A DNA stretch of 64,000 nucleotides from Gemmatimonas sp. (GCA_965279375.1 OZ257156.1:4320001-4384000); one strand, 5' to 3'; shown: positions 36,476 through 49,507, numbered from the stretch's first letter. Translations and numbers: made by a program. Notes: a model not told the origin generated them from the sequence alone.

Positions 36476-37297
36476 TCAACGACCCACGAGGCCGTACGCT
36501 ACCGGGGCTGACGACTGCGGCGCGAGACTCACCCACACTCGCATGCCGACGGCGCTGCGCAGTGTGGGTGGCGCGACGGGGAGCGGCTTGACCCCACCGC
36601 CATCCGTGAGCAACAACGCCCACCCGCCATCCCGCTGCGTTAACACGCCGTCGAACGCGGGCACGCCCTTGGCCGAGCGCACGATGTAGTCGAAGACAAC
36701 AACGTCGCGCGACGACACGAGGAAACCACGCACGACCACCTCGAGGCCGACCAGCTTGGACATGCCGCTGGTGGCCATGCCGCTCAGGGCGACCTCGCGC
36801 TGGCCACCGTTGGCCATCAGCACCAGCTGCGGCACCGCCGCCGAGCCAATCAGCGTCACGACGCCGCGCACTGTATCGGCATTGGGCCTGCGCGTCCGCT
36901 CAGTCGCCGCCGTAACCTTCTGCAGCTCCGCTCGCGCCATGGAATCTCCGCGAGCGCGCGCACGCGCCGTAATGCCAGCCCCACTTGGCCGCTGCGAATC
37001 GGTTCGAGCCGTACGTTGTTCTGCCAGCAGCGCGGAGTCCATCGCCACGCGAAGTCGCGCATCGGCGTCAACGCGCAACGAATCCATCAACGGCGCCTGC
37101 TGCCCGAGGCCCGCGACCAACGAGTCTCCGCGCAACGCCAGCGTATCCAATCCCGGCACGTCGCCTCGAATTTCGATGTTGCCGTCGTCTTTGCACGCGA
37201 CAACGGCAAGAGAAAGCGCCCCGGCACCAAGTCGGAGAAGCATTCGGCGGACGGAGCGCGCCACCTCGCGATGCGGATTCGGGTCGATTTTCTGCAT
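36476..37297 (-). CDS. Hypothetical lipoprotein
   Basis: Lipobox-like LAVVAC. Confidence 0.65.
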   Translation of the reverse strand: MQKIDPNPHREVARSVRRMLLRLGAGALSLAVVACKDDGNIEIRGDVPGLDTLALRGDSLVAGLGQQAPLMDSLRVDADARLRVAMDSALLAEQRTARTDSQRPSGAGITARARARGDSMARAELQKVTAATERTRRPNADTVRGVVTLIGSAAVPQLVLMANGGQREVALSGMATSGMSKLVGLEVVVRGFLVSSRDVVVFDYIVRSAKGVPAFDGVLTQRDGGWALLLTDGGGVKPLPVAPPTLRSAVGMRVWVSLAPQSSAPVAYGLVGR

Positions 37298-37568
37298 ACG
37301 TGTGCTAACCTACGTATGCGTCACGCGCCGTCAACGGAGTTGCAACGCGGTATCGCTCATAATCGGAAGCGGCATTGCTGGGCAACCGAGATGATGACGC
37401 ACCGACATCCGTGGGACGACTCGTTGTGCAACCATGCCGTGGATATCATTCCACACGTGGTGCAGATCACGATTCGGATCGACAATTCGCGCGCTTGGCA
37501 CGAAAGCGTTCGCCGCTCGTCTTGTACCGTCACTACACTGGCAACCTAGGGTGACCATCTCCGTCACG

Positions 37569-39053
37569 ATGCGTCATCCCACTGTGACCGTCTCCCTCAT
37601 CACCGAACGCGACATGCGCGACCCGCGCGCTGCCTGGAGCATCGAGAACAGCCGCGGCATGGAGTGCGCGGAGCGCGGCGCGTGGTCGGACGCAGTCGCC
37701 GCGTTCAGCTCGGCGGCGGAGGCGGTGGCGGATCCGCAGGCTTCCGGTGCGCCGGACGTGCTAGCGCTCGTGCTTGGCAACCTTGCGACGGCCTGTTTTC
37801 GCGCCGGCTCGCTGGCGGACGGCATCCGTCACGCGCAGCGAGCGTGCGCCATCCGCGTGGCGTTGGCCGGTGAAGACGCCACATCGGTTGCGAGGGCTCG
37901 ATCGGATCTGGCGGTGATGCTCTGCGCGGCCGGCCGTGGGGACGAGGCGGCAGCGCTCATCGCGCGGGCTATCGCGAATGTCGAGCGCAGTGCGGGCGAC
38001 GATGATGTGCGACTGGTGCCGCTGTACGAGAACGCAGCGCGTGTCGCCCTCGCGCTAGGCAAGCTCGACGAAGCGGACTTCCCGCTGCAGCGGATGCACA
38101 CGCTGCTGTCGGTGTACGCCCTGCCCACCGATCGCGCGGCCCAACTGCAAGCGCGTGTGCTCGCCGCACGTGCCCGTTCCGTGACGCCGCCACCTGCGGT
38201 CGCGCCGGACCTGGATGACCAGCCGCTGCTGGATGACCAGCCGCTGCGTGATGCAGTGGCCGTCACGGACGTGCTGCTGCGCACCACTCCCCGTGGCGTG
38301 GCGATCATTCGCGAAGAGGAGCGAGCGTCAGAGCTGCTGGCCGATGCGCTTCCGGACGACGTGGAGCTGACGGCGACGTTCGCCGAGGAGCTGGAGCGCG
38401 ACCTGCAAGCCACCCTGCCGATGCCGCGACGCGCACCGAACGCGGACCCGTCGGTGGCGCCAACGCTTGGCTTCGCGATTGAGCACGGCTTCACGGGCTA
38501 CGAAGAGCACCACATGGGCTCGGCGACGCAGGCGCCGGAACCTGCGCGCGCGGAGGACACATCGGCGCTCGGTCTCGAGCTGACGCTCGCCGACGCTGTG
38601 CCGCAGTCGCCGGCACCGCTTACGCCTGTGCCTGTGCCTGTGCCTGTGCCCGTGCCTGTCTCGACCTTGCCGGTGGATCCGACGCCGGCCTCTTTTGCGG
38701 AGAGCCAAGCGCTCGAGTCGCTCGACGTCCTGCCCATGCGTCGTAGCGCGCCACGCGGCATCGCCGTGGTGATGCCGTCGCCGCACGATGGCGCACCGAC
38801 AATCGCCGCCGCTTTTGGCCCCATCGCGGACGCACGGACTGCCGCCGGCGAGATTGCCGACGCGTCAGCAAGCGACGAATCCGTCGTGGAAACAGTCGGG
38901 GCCACCGGTCGAGAGCGGCGACCGTTTGGAGCCGCGCTACGCGCGGGCCGTGCGGCCGCGCCGCAGAGCTCGCACGGGATGCTCATTGCGGCCGCCGCGA
39001 CTATCGCGGCGGGTGCCGCCGCGGCGTGGTTCTTCCTGCAGAGCGGCCGTTAA
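37569..39053 (+). CDS. TPR-repeat protein with a disordered linker and C-terminal TM
   Basis: LALVLGNLA..., VARARSDLAV..., LYENAARV helical repeats; C-terminal hydrophobic helix. Confidence 0.7.
   Translation: MRHPTVTVSLITERDMRDPRAAWSIENSRGMECAERGAWSDAVAAFSSAAEAVADPQASGAPDVLALVLGNLATACFRAGSLADGIRHAQRACAIRVALAGEDATSVARARSDLAVMLCAAGRGDEAAALIARAIANVERSAGDDDVRLVPLYENAARVALALGKLDEADFPLQRMHTLLSVYALPTDRAAQLQARVLAARARSVTPPPAVAPDLDDQPLLDDQPLRDAVAVTDVLLRTTPRGVAIIREEERASELLADALPDDVELTATFAEELERDLQATLPMPRRAPNADPSVAPTLGFAIEHGFTGYEEHHMGSATQAPEPARAEDTSALGLELTLADAVPQSPAPLTPVPVPVPVPVPVSTLPVDPTPASFAESQALESLDVLPMRRSAPRGIAVVMPSPHDGAPTIAAAFGPIADARTAAGEIADASASDESVVETVGATGRERRPFGAALRAGRAAAPQSSHGMLIAAAATIAAGAAAAWFFLQSGR
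38211..38246 (+). repeat. 18-bp perfect tandem duplication (in frame)
   Basis: CTGGATGACCAGCCGCTG x2. Confidence 0.85.
38625..38660 (+). repeat. (CCTGTG)n microsatellite encoding (Pro-Val)6
   Basis: cctgtg cctgtg cctgtg cctgtg cccgtg cctgtc. Confidence 0.85.
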
Positions 39054-39077
39054 GACAGCCGGTCGTGACCTGCCGCC

Positions 39078-39299
39078 TTAGTTCTTGTGGCGGAACGTGA
39101 TGCGGCCGCGCGTGAGGTCGTACGGCGAGACCTCGACGGTGACGCGATCGCCAGCGAGCACACGAATGCGGTTGCGGCGCATATTGCCAGCCAGTGTCGT
39201 GAGCACTTCATGACCGCTCTGGACGGTCACGCGGAACGTGGCGTTCGGCAGCAACTCGGTGACGGTGCCTTCTAGTTCGATCGCGTCCTGCTTACTCAT
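39078..39299 (-). CDS. infA: Translation initiation factor IF-1
   Basis: [24 protein letters not shown]...[13 protein letters not shown]. Confidence 0.97.
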   Translation of the reverse strand: MSKQDAIELEGTVTELLPNATFRVTVQSGHEVLTTLAGNMRRNRIRVLAGDRVTVEVSPYDLTRGRITFRHKN

Positions 39300-39468
39300 G
39301 TATTCACGTACCTCAAACTGCGACTCGGTGTGGCCCACGCGCGGATCGTGCGGGCACGGTCTCGGAAATGTAAGCGTCAGCGTGTCCCATGGGCCACCTG
39401 ACGCAAGAATCGCGGCTTTCATCCTCTCGACGCGCTGGTGAGCGCGCCTCCCCTCAGCCCTCCGATCG

Positions 39469-40419
39469 CTGCCTCAGTCGCCCAGCTCTCCATCGTCCCC
39501 CCGGTCGCCGCACCCGCTCGCGAAGGCCCGGGTCCTCGTCGTCGGTCCGGGCTGGCTCGGGCGAACCATCGCCGAACAGCTCGAGACATGCGGCGCCCAG
39601 GTGTGGACGCTGCAACGCACGCCGGCGATCGCAACGACCGATTCGACCATCGTCGCGGTGACGGGCGATGTCGCCAAGGCCGCCGCCGACGAAGCGGTGC
39701 TGGCGCTGCTCCCCACGCGTATGGACCATGTCGTGCTCAGCATCGCCCCTTCGCGCACTCGCGGCGACACCCACGAGAGCACGTATCCGTCTGCCGCGCG
39801 CGGCGCAGTGATGCTGGCGGCTACGCTGCAGGCCCGCTCGATCCTCTACACGTCGAGCACCGGCGTGTACGGGCGCACGGACGGCTCCCCGGTGGATGAA
39901 GCGACGCCGCTACTTCCCACCGACGAGCGACAGCGCGCGCTCGTGGAGGCCGAGGAGATCGTGCTGGGTACGGCCAAGGAGGCTGGCGTGGGTTCGATCG
40001 TGCTGCGAATCGCTGGGCTGTACGGCCCCGGCCGTGATCCGGCCCGCCGCTTTCTGGACCCCGCAACGACCGCGGATGGTGGGCTGGGCTGGAGCAATTT
40101 CGCGTGGCGCGATGATGCCGCGAGCGCGGTGGTGCATCTGCTGGCCACACCCGAGCTCGAGCAGGGCGGCCACGTTTTCAACTGTGCGGACGGCGTACCG
40201 ATGCAGGCGCGCGATATCGCCGGCGCTCTTGGCGTGACGGTTCCGCGTCCGTCGCACCTCGCCGGCACATCGGCCGGCTCAAGTGGACGATCCAATCAGC
40301 GCATCGTGGTGGATCGTTTGCGTGCGAGTGGTTGGACGCCGACCGTTCGCGACGTGCTGGACGGGCTGGAGGTTCTGGGTCATGTGGTGACGCGTCCATC
40401 GAGGCGGTTCGACTCGTGA
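39469..40419 (+). CDS. NAD-dependent epimerase/dehydratase (atypical SDR); start uncertain
   Basis: In-frame [11 protein letters not shown]ossmann motif lies upstream of the called start; [20 protein letters not shown]. Confidence 0.75.
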   Translation: MPQSPSSPSSPRSPHPLAKARVLVVGPGWLGRTIAEQLETCGAQVWTLQRTPAIATTDSTIVAVTGDVAKAAADEAVLALLPTRMDHVVLSIAPSRTRGDTHESTYPSAARGAVMLAATLQARSILYTSSTGVYGRTDGSPVDEATPLLPTDERQRALVEAEEIVLGTAKEAGVGSIVLRIAGLYGPGRDPARRFLDPATTADGGLGWSNFAWRDDAASAVVHLLATPELEQGGHVFNCADGVPMQARDIAGALGVTVPRPSHLAGTSAGSSGRSNQRIVVDRLRASGWTPTVRDVLDGLEVLGHVVTRPSRRFDS

Positions 40420-40847
40420 CGGATTCCGGAGCGCCCGCGGGCGTTGGTGCCATGCCGTACGGGCCAGAGACCGCGGTGGTCCGACGATTTCTGGTCAGAC
40501 TGGCGGCGCTCGATCTGCCGGCACACGACGCCGTGGTCGATCGCTTCTCCACTCTTTCGCTGGCACCCGCCTTCGGGGCGGCCGATCTGTCGTTGGGCGA
40601 AGCGATCGAACGGAGTGGTCGGGCGGACGCACGCGACGCGTTGGCCGGTCCGCTGCTACAGCTGGTGCGTGATCGGGACGCCGAGCAGCCCGAGGATGCG
40701 GAGCGCGTAGCGCTCGATCCTATCGCGGAGCCGGCGTTGGCGGCGTTGCTCGCATTGCTGGTGCGTGATCTGCTGAGCGCCGAAACGCTTGCAGTGCTCT
40801 ACGCGCCGTTTGCCGACGTCATTTCTCTGAATAGCCTGCTCGACTGA
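40416..40847 (+). CDS. Hypothetical protein
   Basis: GTGA coupling; YGPETAVVRRFL...LYAPFADVI. Confidence 0.6.
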   Translation: MTDSGAPAGVGAMPYGPETAVVRRFLVRLAALDLPAHDAVVDRFSTLSLAPAFGAADLSLGEAIERSGRADARDALAGPLLQLVRDRDAEQPEDAERVALDPIAEPALAALLALLVRDLLSAETLAVLYAPFADVISLNSLLD

Positions 40848-40864
40848 GCGAACGAGCACCGCGC

Positions 40865-41278
40865 CTACGAGACAGTATCCGCGCGGGGTTCGGCAGCGAG
40901 CGTGAAACGTGGGATGACCGCGTCGAAGGTGGTGCTGTCATCGCGCACAAAGCGGTACGCGCCTTCCATCCAACCGTGCGGTGCCTTGAGGACGCAGAAG
41001 GAGCGATACTCGTGCACTTGTCCCGGCATGAGATGCGGCTGTTCACCGACGACGCCCTCGCCCTCGACCACCGTATCGCCCACCGCGTCGTCGTGAATGA
41101 GCCAGCGGCGCGTGCGCAGTTGTGCGCCCAGATCGGCGACGTTCTCGATCCGGATGTCGTACGCGAAGACGTACTGCTCGAGCATCGGGTTGGAGCGATC
41201 GCGGAGATACGTCGGGCGCACGGAGATGCGGATACCTGACGTGATCTTGTAGAAGAACGACGGGCGATCAGTGCTCAT
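40865..41278 (-). CDS. apaG: ApaG protein
   Basis: YVFAYDIRIEN...RRWLI...VEGEGVVGEQP...YRSFC. Confidence 0.93.
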   Translation of the reverse strand: MSTDRPSFFYKITSGIRISVRPTYLRDRSNPMLEQYVFAYDIRIENVADLGAQLRTRRWLIHDDAVGDTVVEGEGVVGEQPHLMPGQVHEYRSFCVLKAPHGWMEGAYRFVRDDSTTFDAVIPRFTLAAEPRADTVS

Positions 41279-43052
41279 GCTCGCGACCTCGTTTCGCGGG
41301 AGCTGGTGGCGTTGTGCGTGGTCCGGCGGGCACGGCGTTGACTGGCGCGCTTTCGACACCGACGCGATTCAGTGCCGAAACTGAAACTATCGTCGGAACG
41401 ATTCCGGTGGGGAGCGGCCATACTGTCGCGGAGCCCGGTAAGGTCACCGAAATCCACGCAGTATCGGTCCGGATTCGCAGCAGCCACTGCCACGGTGCTA
41501 CGCCGCCGACGGTACCAAGCGTAAGGATGCGGGTGCCTGCGCTGGTGGCTGCCGTAAGCTGGGGAGTCGGCGTTGGCGGCGCGGCGGCGACAAGCCACGG
41601 CGTAGCCGGAACCATCGCCGTCGCCGCGTACGGCCCCGCCTGCAGCGAGTCGTTCATGCTGGCCTGGTTGCTCAAGAACGACTGCATCGAGAAGTGCACG
41701 TTGCCGGTGGAGCCGGGCTGTGCGCGCGTGACACGGATCTGCTCGAGGAGTTCGGAGACCGGGAAGTCGCTCCGCCCGCGGCCACCTGCACGCGAGGTGT
41801 AATTGCCGGGCCACAGGTGGCGTCCCTTCACGTTCTCTCCCACCCACCAGTCGAGCAGCAGGGGATACGCCTGCTGCGCCTTGGTGGTAGGCCAGTAGAG
41901 CTGCGGCGTGAAGTAGTCCACCCAACCTTCACGCAGCCATTTGCGCCCGTCCGCGTAGAGCTCGCTGTACGCGTCGAAGCCGCGGACCTGCGCAGGGAAT
42001 CCGGGACGCCAGATGCCGAATGGGCTGATGCCGAACTTCACCCACGGTTTGGTCTTGTGCACGCCGACGTCGAGCGCGCGCACGAGGGAATCCACGTTGG
42101 CCCGACGCCAATCGCCGCGCGTGAGTGATCCGCCGCCTTTACGATAGCGCAGCCAACTCTTGTCGTCGGGGAACGGAATGGGCCGGCGACGTTTGGTGAG
42201 TTCCGGATACGGATAGAAGTAGTCGTCGAGGTGCACGCCATCGATGTCGTAGCGCTTCACGACATCGAGCACCACGCGCACCGTCCGTTCGCGCACCGCC
42301 GACTCACCCGGATCCATCCAGAGGTAGCCCGCATACTTCTTGACGAGCGTCGGGTTGGTTCGCGCGATGTGCGACGCGGCCAGCGGCGAACGCGTATCGG
42401 AGAACCGGGCGCGATACGGATTGAACCACGCGTGCAGCTCAAGGTTGCGCGCATGCGCCTCGCGCACCGCGAATTCGAGCGGATCCCAGTACGGATCGGG
42501 AGCGCGTCCCTGCGCGCCGGTCAGGTATTCCGACCACGGCTCGATCTTGGAGGCGTACAATGCATCGGCCGCTGGTCGCACCTGAAAGATCACGGCGTTG
42601 AGCTTGAGCGCCGCCGCGCGATCGAGCAGCGCGATCAGCTCGGCCTGCTGCTGCGCCGTGGTCAGGCGACGCGACGATGGCCAGTCGATGTTGGCCACGC
42701 TCGCCACCCACACGCCGCGGAATTCGCGGGGGATCGGCGGGGCGACGTTGCTCACCACGCGTCGCGTGGGAACGTTTTCGGTCGGCGCTGCGGACGATGG
42801 CGCATTCGCACCCGGTGCGCGACGCGGCGCGTTCGCCGGAGGTGCTGCCGTGGGCGCGTTCAACGGAGCGTTGCGACCCGGCGAGGCTGGGGGCACCGCT
42901 GCTGGAGACGGCGTGTCTGGAGCTGGCGCCGCGGGACGGCATGAGGAGAGCAGCATCGCGCCGACCGCGCATACGCCAGTCACTGAACGAGCAAGCGCAC
43001 GACTAACCGTACGAGGGAATGCAGACCGCGCGATACGCGGGGAATGGTTCAC
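41268..43052 (-). CDS. Glycoside hydrolase-like family 10 (YddW/DUF187) lipoprotein
   Basis: REFRGVWVASVANIDWPS, HAWFNPYR, DGVHLDDYFYPY, PQLYW. Confidence 0.9.
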   Translation of the reverse strand: MNHSPRIARSAFPRTVSRALARSVTGVCAVGAMLLSSCRPAAPAPDTPSPAAVPPASPGRNAPLNAPTAAPPANAPRRAPGANAPSSAAPTENVPTRRVVSNVAPPIPREFRGVWVASVANIDWPSSRRLTTAQQQAELIALLDRAAALKLNAVIFQVRPAADALYASKIEPWSEYLTGAQGRAPDPYWDPLEFAVREAHARNLELHAWFNPYRARFSDTRSPLAASHIARTNPTLVKKYAGYLWMDPGESAVRERTVRVVLDVVKRYDIDGVHLDDYFYPYPELTKRRRPIPFPDDKSWLRYRKGGGSLTRGDWRRANVDSLVRALDVGVHKTKPWVKFGISPFGIWRPGFPAQVRGFDAYSELYADGRKWLREGWVDYFTPQLYWPTTKAQQAYPLLLDWWVGENVKGRHLWPGNYTSRAGGRGRSDFPVSELLEQIRVTRAQPGSTGNVHFSMQSFLSNQASMNDSLQAGPYAATAMVPATPWLVAAAPPTPTPQLTAATSAGTRILTLGTVGGVAPWQWLLRIRTDTAWISVTLPGSATVWPLPTGIVPTIVSVSALNRVGVESAPVNAVPAGPRTTPPAPAKRGREHEH

Positions 43053-44260
43053 GCGCGCACGGGCTCGCCGACTGCCTGTTCGAGTTCGCGTTGCATCGCG
43101 CGAAGCACTGCGCCGGCACGTTGCGCAGCTTCAGCGATGCGTGCCGGCGACTGGATGAACGAAATGCGAAAGAACCCTTCCCCGCCCTCGCCAAAGCCGG
43201 AGCCCGGCAGCACGATGACACCCGCTTCCTCGCGCACACGATCGGCAAAGGCTGCACTGGCGATGCCCTCGGGCAGCGGCATCCACAGATACATCGTTGC
43301 CTGCGGCACGTCGGCGGTGAAGCCGTTTTCGCGGAAGGCTGCGACGGCGGCGTCACGACGCTCGGTAAACGTCTTGAGATTCTGCGGCACGAACTCCGCC
43401 CAGCTTTCGATGGCGGCGACACCGGCAGCCTGAATGCCCATGTACTGACCCGTATCGGTGAACGCCTTCACCTTGGCCAGCGCCGTCGAGATCTCCGGCT
43501 TGGCCACCGCCCAACCGCAGCGCCACCCGGTCATGTTGTACGTCTTGGAGAGCGAGTGGAATTCGATCGCGACATCGCGTGCGCCATCGATTTCGAATAT
43601 GCTGGGCGGCACGTAGCCGTCGAACCCCATCTCTGAATACGCGTTGTCGTACACGAGCAGGATGTCGCGCTCGCGACAGACTTGCACGACGCGTTCGAGG
43701 TAGTCGCGCGGTGCGATGGCGGCGGTGGGATTGTTGGGATAGTTGAGATAGAGCACGCGCGTGCGTGCCATCACGTCGGTCGGGATCTCGTCGAGATCGA
43801 TGAGAAAGTTCGTGCGCGGACGCAGCGCGTACACGTAGGGCGTCGCGTCGGAGAGGAGCGTCCCTCCGATGTACGCCTGATATGCGGGATCGGGGATGAT
43901 GCCGACGTCGCCAGGGCCGAGGAATGCGAAGGCAACGTGCGCGAGCCCTTCCTTGCTGCCGAGGAGCGGGACGATCTCGCTCATCGGATCGACGGTCATT
44001 CCGAATCGCTTGTGCATCCAGGCGGCGACGGCCTCGCGATAGGGCATGTACCCTAACCCAAAGCCGTAGCGCTGCATGGCGGGTTCAGTGGAGGCGCGCT
44101 GCAACGCCGCGACTGCCTGCGCCGGGGGTGCAAGGTCCGCGTCTCCCGCGCCCAGGTCGATGACGTCGACACCTGCCGCGAGCAATGCCTTCTTGCGTGC
44201 AGGGATGTGCGCGAGCGGATACGCAGGGAAATTCGAGAAGCGCGCAGACAGTCGTGGCAT
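43049..44260 (-). CDS. Class I/II PLP aminotransferase (LL-DAP aminotransferase-like)
   Basis: GSKEGL, NYPNNPT, DNAYSE, SLSKTYNMTGWR. Confidence 0.88.
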   Translation of the reverse strand: MPRLSARFSNFPAYPLAHIPARKKALLAAGVDVIDLGAGDADLAPPAQAVAALQRASTEPAMQRYGFGLGYMPYREAVAAWMHKRFGMTVDPMSEIVPLLGSKEGLAHVAFAFLGPGDVGIIPDPAYQAYIGGTLLSDATPYVYALRPRTNFLIDLDEIPTDVMARTRVLYLNYPNNPTAAIAPRDYLERVVQVCRERDILLVYDNAYSEMGFDGYVPPSIFEIDGARDVAIEFHSLSKTYNMTGWRCGWAVAKPEISTALAKVKAFTDTGQYMGIQAAGVAAIESWAEFVPQNLKTFTERRDAAVAAFRENGFTADVPQATMYLWMPLPEGIASAAFADRVREEAGVIVLPGSGFGEGGEGFFRISFIQSPARIAEAAQRAGAVLRAMQRELEQAVGEPVRA

Positions 44261-44264
44261 GCGA

Positions 44265-45458
44265 TCAGGACGAGGGCGGGCTGAACTGCGCGTGCTGCGC
44301 ATCGAGCCAGCTCTTGTGATAAGCAGGATCTTCGATGGACATGGCGGCCTTGGCGACCTTGAGCGGACGGAAGCTGTCCATCATGACGGCGAGTTCGTTG
44401 GTGTACTTGGCGCCGATCGACGCTTCAGCGCGTCCCGGATGCGGTCCATGCGGCAAGCCGTCGGGATGGTGCGTGATGGAGCCGTACTCGATGCCCTTTC
44501 GGCTCATGAACTCACTCGACGCATAGAACAGCACTTCGTCGGAGTCCACGTTGCTGTGGTTGTACGGCGCGGGAATCGCTTCGGGGTCGAAGTCGTACGG
44601 CCGCGGGCAGAAGGAGCAGATCACGAAGCCATCGCCCTGGAACGTCTGATGCACCGGGGGCGGCTGGTGAATGCGTCCGACGATCGGCTCGAAGTCGTGG
44701 ATGTTGAACGCCCACGGGTAGAAATAACCGTCCCAGCCGACGACATCGAACGGATGGTGATCGAGCACCAGTTCGTTGAGCGCGTTGTACTGCTTGACGA
44801 GGATCGGGAACTCACCCTTCTCGTCGTGCACGTTGAGCGCGGTTGGTCTGCGAATATCGCGCTCGGAGTACGGCGCACCCTCGAGCAACTGTCCCACGTT
44901 GTTGCGATAGCGCGTGGGAAAGCGCACGTGGCCCGCGCTCTCCATCACGAGGAACTTGCTCACGCCAGCGGAGGCGTCGAGGCGCCAGCGATGCGTGATG
45001 TTGCGATGGATGACGACATAGTCGCCGGGCTTATAGGGCAGCTCGCCAAATACCGACTCCAGCACGCCGCTCCCTTCCACCACGTACACGACTTCGTCCG
45101 CCTGTGAGTTGCGATAGAAGTGCGTGTCGTTCACATCGGGCTCGACGTACAGCATGCCGATGTCGTTGTTGAACAGCAACGGAATGCGGTCGAGCGTGGG
45201 CGAGCCGCCCTTGACGATACGCGACGTGAGAAAGTGGCGATGACGCAACGACGTGCTGTCATCGGCTTCCCACACGAGATCGCGCACTTTTCGCGCCGAC
45301 AGCACCGTCGTTGGCGGATGCGTGTGATACAGCAGCGACGACGTGCCCACGAAGCCCTCGTGCCCCATCAGCTCTTCGGCGTAGAGCCCGCCGTCGGGCC
45401 GCCGGAAGACGATGTGGCGCTTGCGAGGGACACTGCCCATGAGGTGATAGATCGGCAT
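44265..45458 (-). CDS. hmgA: Homogentisate 1,2-dioxygenase
   Basis: HPFDVVGWDG, HQPPPVHQTF, PYNHSNVDSDE, HGPHPG; adjacent to hppD. Confidence 0.92.
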   Translation of the reverse strand: MPIYHLMGSVPRKRHIVFRRPDGGLYAEELMGHEGFVGTSSLLYHTHPPTTVLSARKVRDLVWEADDSTSLRHRHFLTSRIVKGGSPTLDRIPLLFNNDIGMLYVEPDVNDTHFYRNSQADEVVYVVEGSGVLESVFGELPYKPGDYVVIHRNITHRWRLDASAGVSKFLVMESAGHVRFPTRYRNNVGQLLEGAPYSERDIRRPTALNVHDEKGEFPILVKQYNALNELVLDHHPFDVVGWDGYFYPWAFNIHDFEPIVGRIHQPPPVHQTFQGDGFVICSFCPRPYDFDPEAIPAPYNHSNVDSDEVLFYASSEFMSRKGIEYGSITHHPDGLPHGPHPGRAEASIGAKYTNELAVMMDSFRPLKVAKAAMSIEDPAYHKSWLDAQHAQFSPPSS

Positions 45459-45468
45459 GGTGGTCGCC

Positions 45469-46593
45469 TCAGAGGTTGCCGCGCAGCGCCTGCTCGCGCT
45501 CGATCGCTTCGAAGAGTGCCTTGAAGTTCCCCTTGCCGAAGCTCTTGGCTCCCTTGCGCTGAATGATCTCGTAGAAGAGCGTCGGACGATCTTCCACCGG
45601 CTTGGTGAAGATCTGCAGCAGGTATCCGTCCGGATCACGATCCACGAGAATGCCCAGCGCTTCGAGCTCCGCGATCGGCTCGTCGATGGTGCCGACGCGC
45701 TCCTCGAGTTCGCGATAGTACGACGTGGGTACGCTCAGGAACTCCACGCCGCGGTCGCGCAACGCCGTGACCGTCGCGAGAATGTCATCGGTAGCGAGCG
45801 CGAGATGCTGTGCGCCCGGGCCACCATAGAAATCGAGATACTCCTCGATCTGCGACTTCTTCTTGCCCGACGCCGGCTCGTTGATCGGAAACTTGATCTT
45901 GTCGTTGCCATTGCTCATCACCTTGGACATGAGCGACGAATACTCCGTGCTGATGTCATCGTCGTCGAACGTGATGAGATTGCGGAAGCCCATGACGTCG
46001 GCGTAGTACTTGACCCAGCGATTCATCTGGCCCAGCTCGACGTTGCCTACGCAATGGTCCACGTACTTGAGCCCAACATCGGCCGGTTGATAGCGCGGCG
46101 TCACGGACACGAAGCCCGGCAGAAAGAGCCCGCGATAGTTGCGACGCTCCACGATGGAATGGATCGTGTCGCCATACGTGCCGATCGCCGCGATGATGAC
46201 TTCGCCGTGCTCGTCGCTGGTCACGATCGGCGCGTGAATGGGAATCGCGCCGCGATCCACCGCGGTCTGATACGCTGAGCGCGCGTCGTCCACCCAGAGT
46301 GCGTAGTCGCGAATGCCATCGCCGTGCGCCTGCACGTGCCTGGCGATCTCCGAGTCGGGCTGCAGCGCCGTCGTGAGCACGAGACGGATCTTGCCCTGCT
46401 GTAACAGATAGCTCGCGCGGTCGCGCACACCCGTTTCGGGGCCGCGATAGCCGATCAGCTGATAGCCGAACGCGGAGCGGTAGTAGTGACTCGCCTGCTT
46501 GGCGTTACCGACATAGAACTCGACGTAGTCGGTGCCATTGATGGGAAATGCATCCTGCTCGATGCCGGCTTCGGGAGCGGACAACGTGGCCAT
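45469..46593 (-). CDS. hppD: 4-hydroxyphenylpyruvate dioxygenase
   Basis: DHCVGNV, QHLAL, LLQIFT, FYEIIQRKG...FGKGNFKALFEAIE. Confidence 0.96.
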   Translation of the reverse strand: MATLSAPEAGIEQDAFPINGTDYVEFYVGNAKQASHYYRSAFGYQLIGYRGPETGVRDRASYLLQQGKIRLVLTTALQPDSEIARHVQAHGDGIRDYALWVDDARSAYQTAVDRGAIPIHAPIVTSDEHGEVIIAAIGTYGDTIHSIVERRNYRGLFLPGFVSVTPRYQPADVGLKYVDHCVGNVELGQMNRWVKYYADVMGFRNLITFDDDDISTEYSSLMSKVMSNGNDKIKFPINEPASGKKKSQIEEYLDFYGGPGAQHLALATDDILATVTALRDRGVEFLSVPTSYYRELEERVGTIDEPIAELEALGILVDRDPDGYLLQIFTKPVEDRPTLFYEIIQRKGAKSFGKGNFKALFEAIEREQALRGNL

Positions 46594-46777
46594 GGGAACC
46601 TCGGAGTGAACGATGGAAGGAAAGAAGCGAGTGCGATCTCGATCCCACCACGCATGACTCAGATGTGCGAACGCGGCAGCGCGCCAATCCAGGCGCGCCC
46701 CCGCTCATCTCCAGGCTCCAGAAACTTCACCATGCTCCGACCATGTGCTTCGATGTCCGCACCGAGTGAGTGAACGC

Positions 46778-47098
46778 CTACTGCTTGGCGATCAGATGGT
46801 CCTTGATCTTGTCGTAGATCGCCTGCGACAAAACCTTCTTCTGCACCAGCTGCAACTTGTTGGCATACGGACGTCCGCCGATGATCTTGGCCGCGTACGC
46901 CTTTCCGATTCCCGGTACCGCTTCCAACTCGGCGGACGTCGCGCGATTGATATCCACCACCGCCGCCGCAGCGACTGCGGCCGCCGCAGGCTTGGCCGGC
47001 TTCGTCTGCGCAGACAGCGCGGGCGCGGTGAACAGGAACGCGGCGATGGCCAGCGGACCAACGACTTTCGAGATCTTAGCGCGAACGTGTGCGTGCAT
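46778..47098 (-). CDS. ComEA-like helix-hairpin-helix protein
   Basis: Signal peptide; VDINRATSAELEAVPGIGKAYAAKII. Confidence 0.85.
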   Translation of the reverse strand: MHAHVRAKISKVVGPLAIAAFLFTAPALSAQTKPAKPAAAAVAAAAVVDINRATSAELEAVPGIGKAYAAKIIGGRPYANKLQLVQKKVLSQAIYDKIKDHLIAKQ

Positions 47099-47177
47099 GG
47101 GAAGGGACGACTGTGAACGCATGACGAGCGACTCCCGGGAGATGGCGGGGCGGGTCCCGAACGGAATGTGCTCCACT

Positions 47178-49186
<2,009 letters not shown>

Positions 49187-49190
<4 letters not shown>

Positions 49191-49507
49191 GCGACGCCGT
49201 CCTGCCCGGATGCAGTTCGCGCCAGCGCGACCGAGGCGCACGCCGCGCCATGGGCTTCACAGTACCACCCATGCCGATCGTGAAAGACCAGATGCGGCGC
49301 ATCGGTCGGCCCCAGCTTCACGCGCACGAGATGCTGCACGGACGTGGACTCGCCGACGACCTTACGCGGATCGAGCACGTCAATCGTCGGCTTGACCGGG
49401 AACAGGTCGAACTGACTGGGCGCAAGCGGCACGCCGTCGGCAGGCGACGAGCGCTTGGACGTTCGCGTGGGAGCGCGGGGTTTCGAGGGGCGTTTGGCGT
49501 CGGACAT
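49187..49507 (-). CDS. Small hypothetical protein
   Basis: GTGA coupling; HGWYCEAHGAAC. Confidence 0.55.

Noticed and set aside
38211..38660. Tandem repeats in the TPR gene as a phase-variation switch
   Set aside because: Units of 18 and 6 bp keep the frame and only alter linker length.
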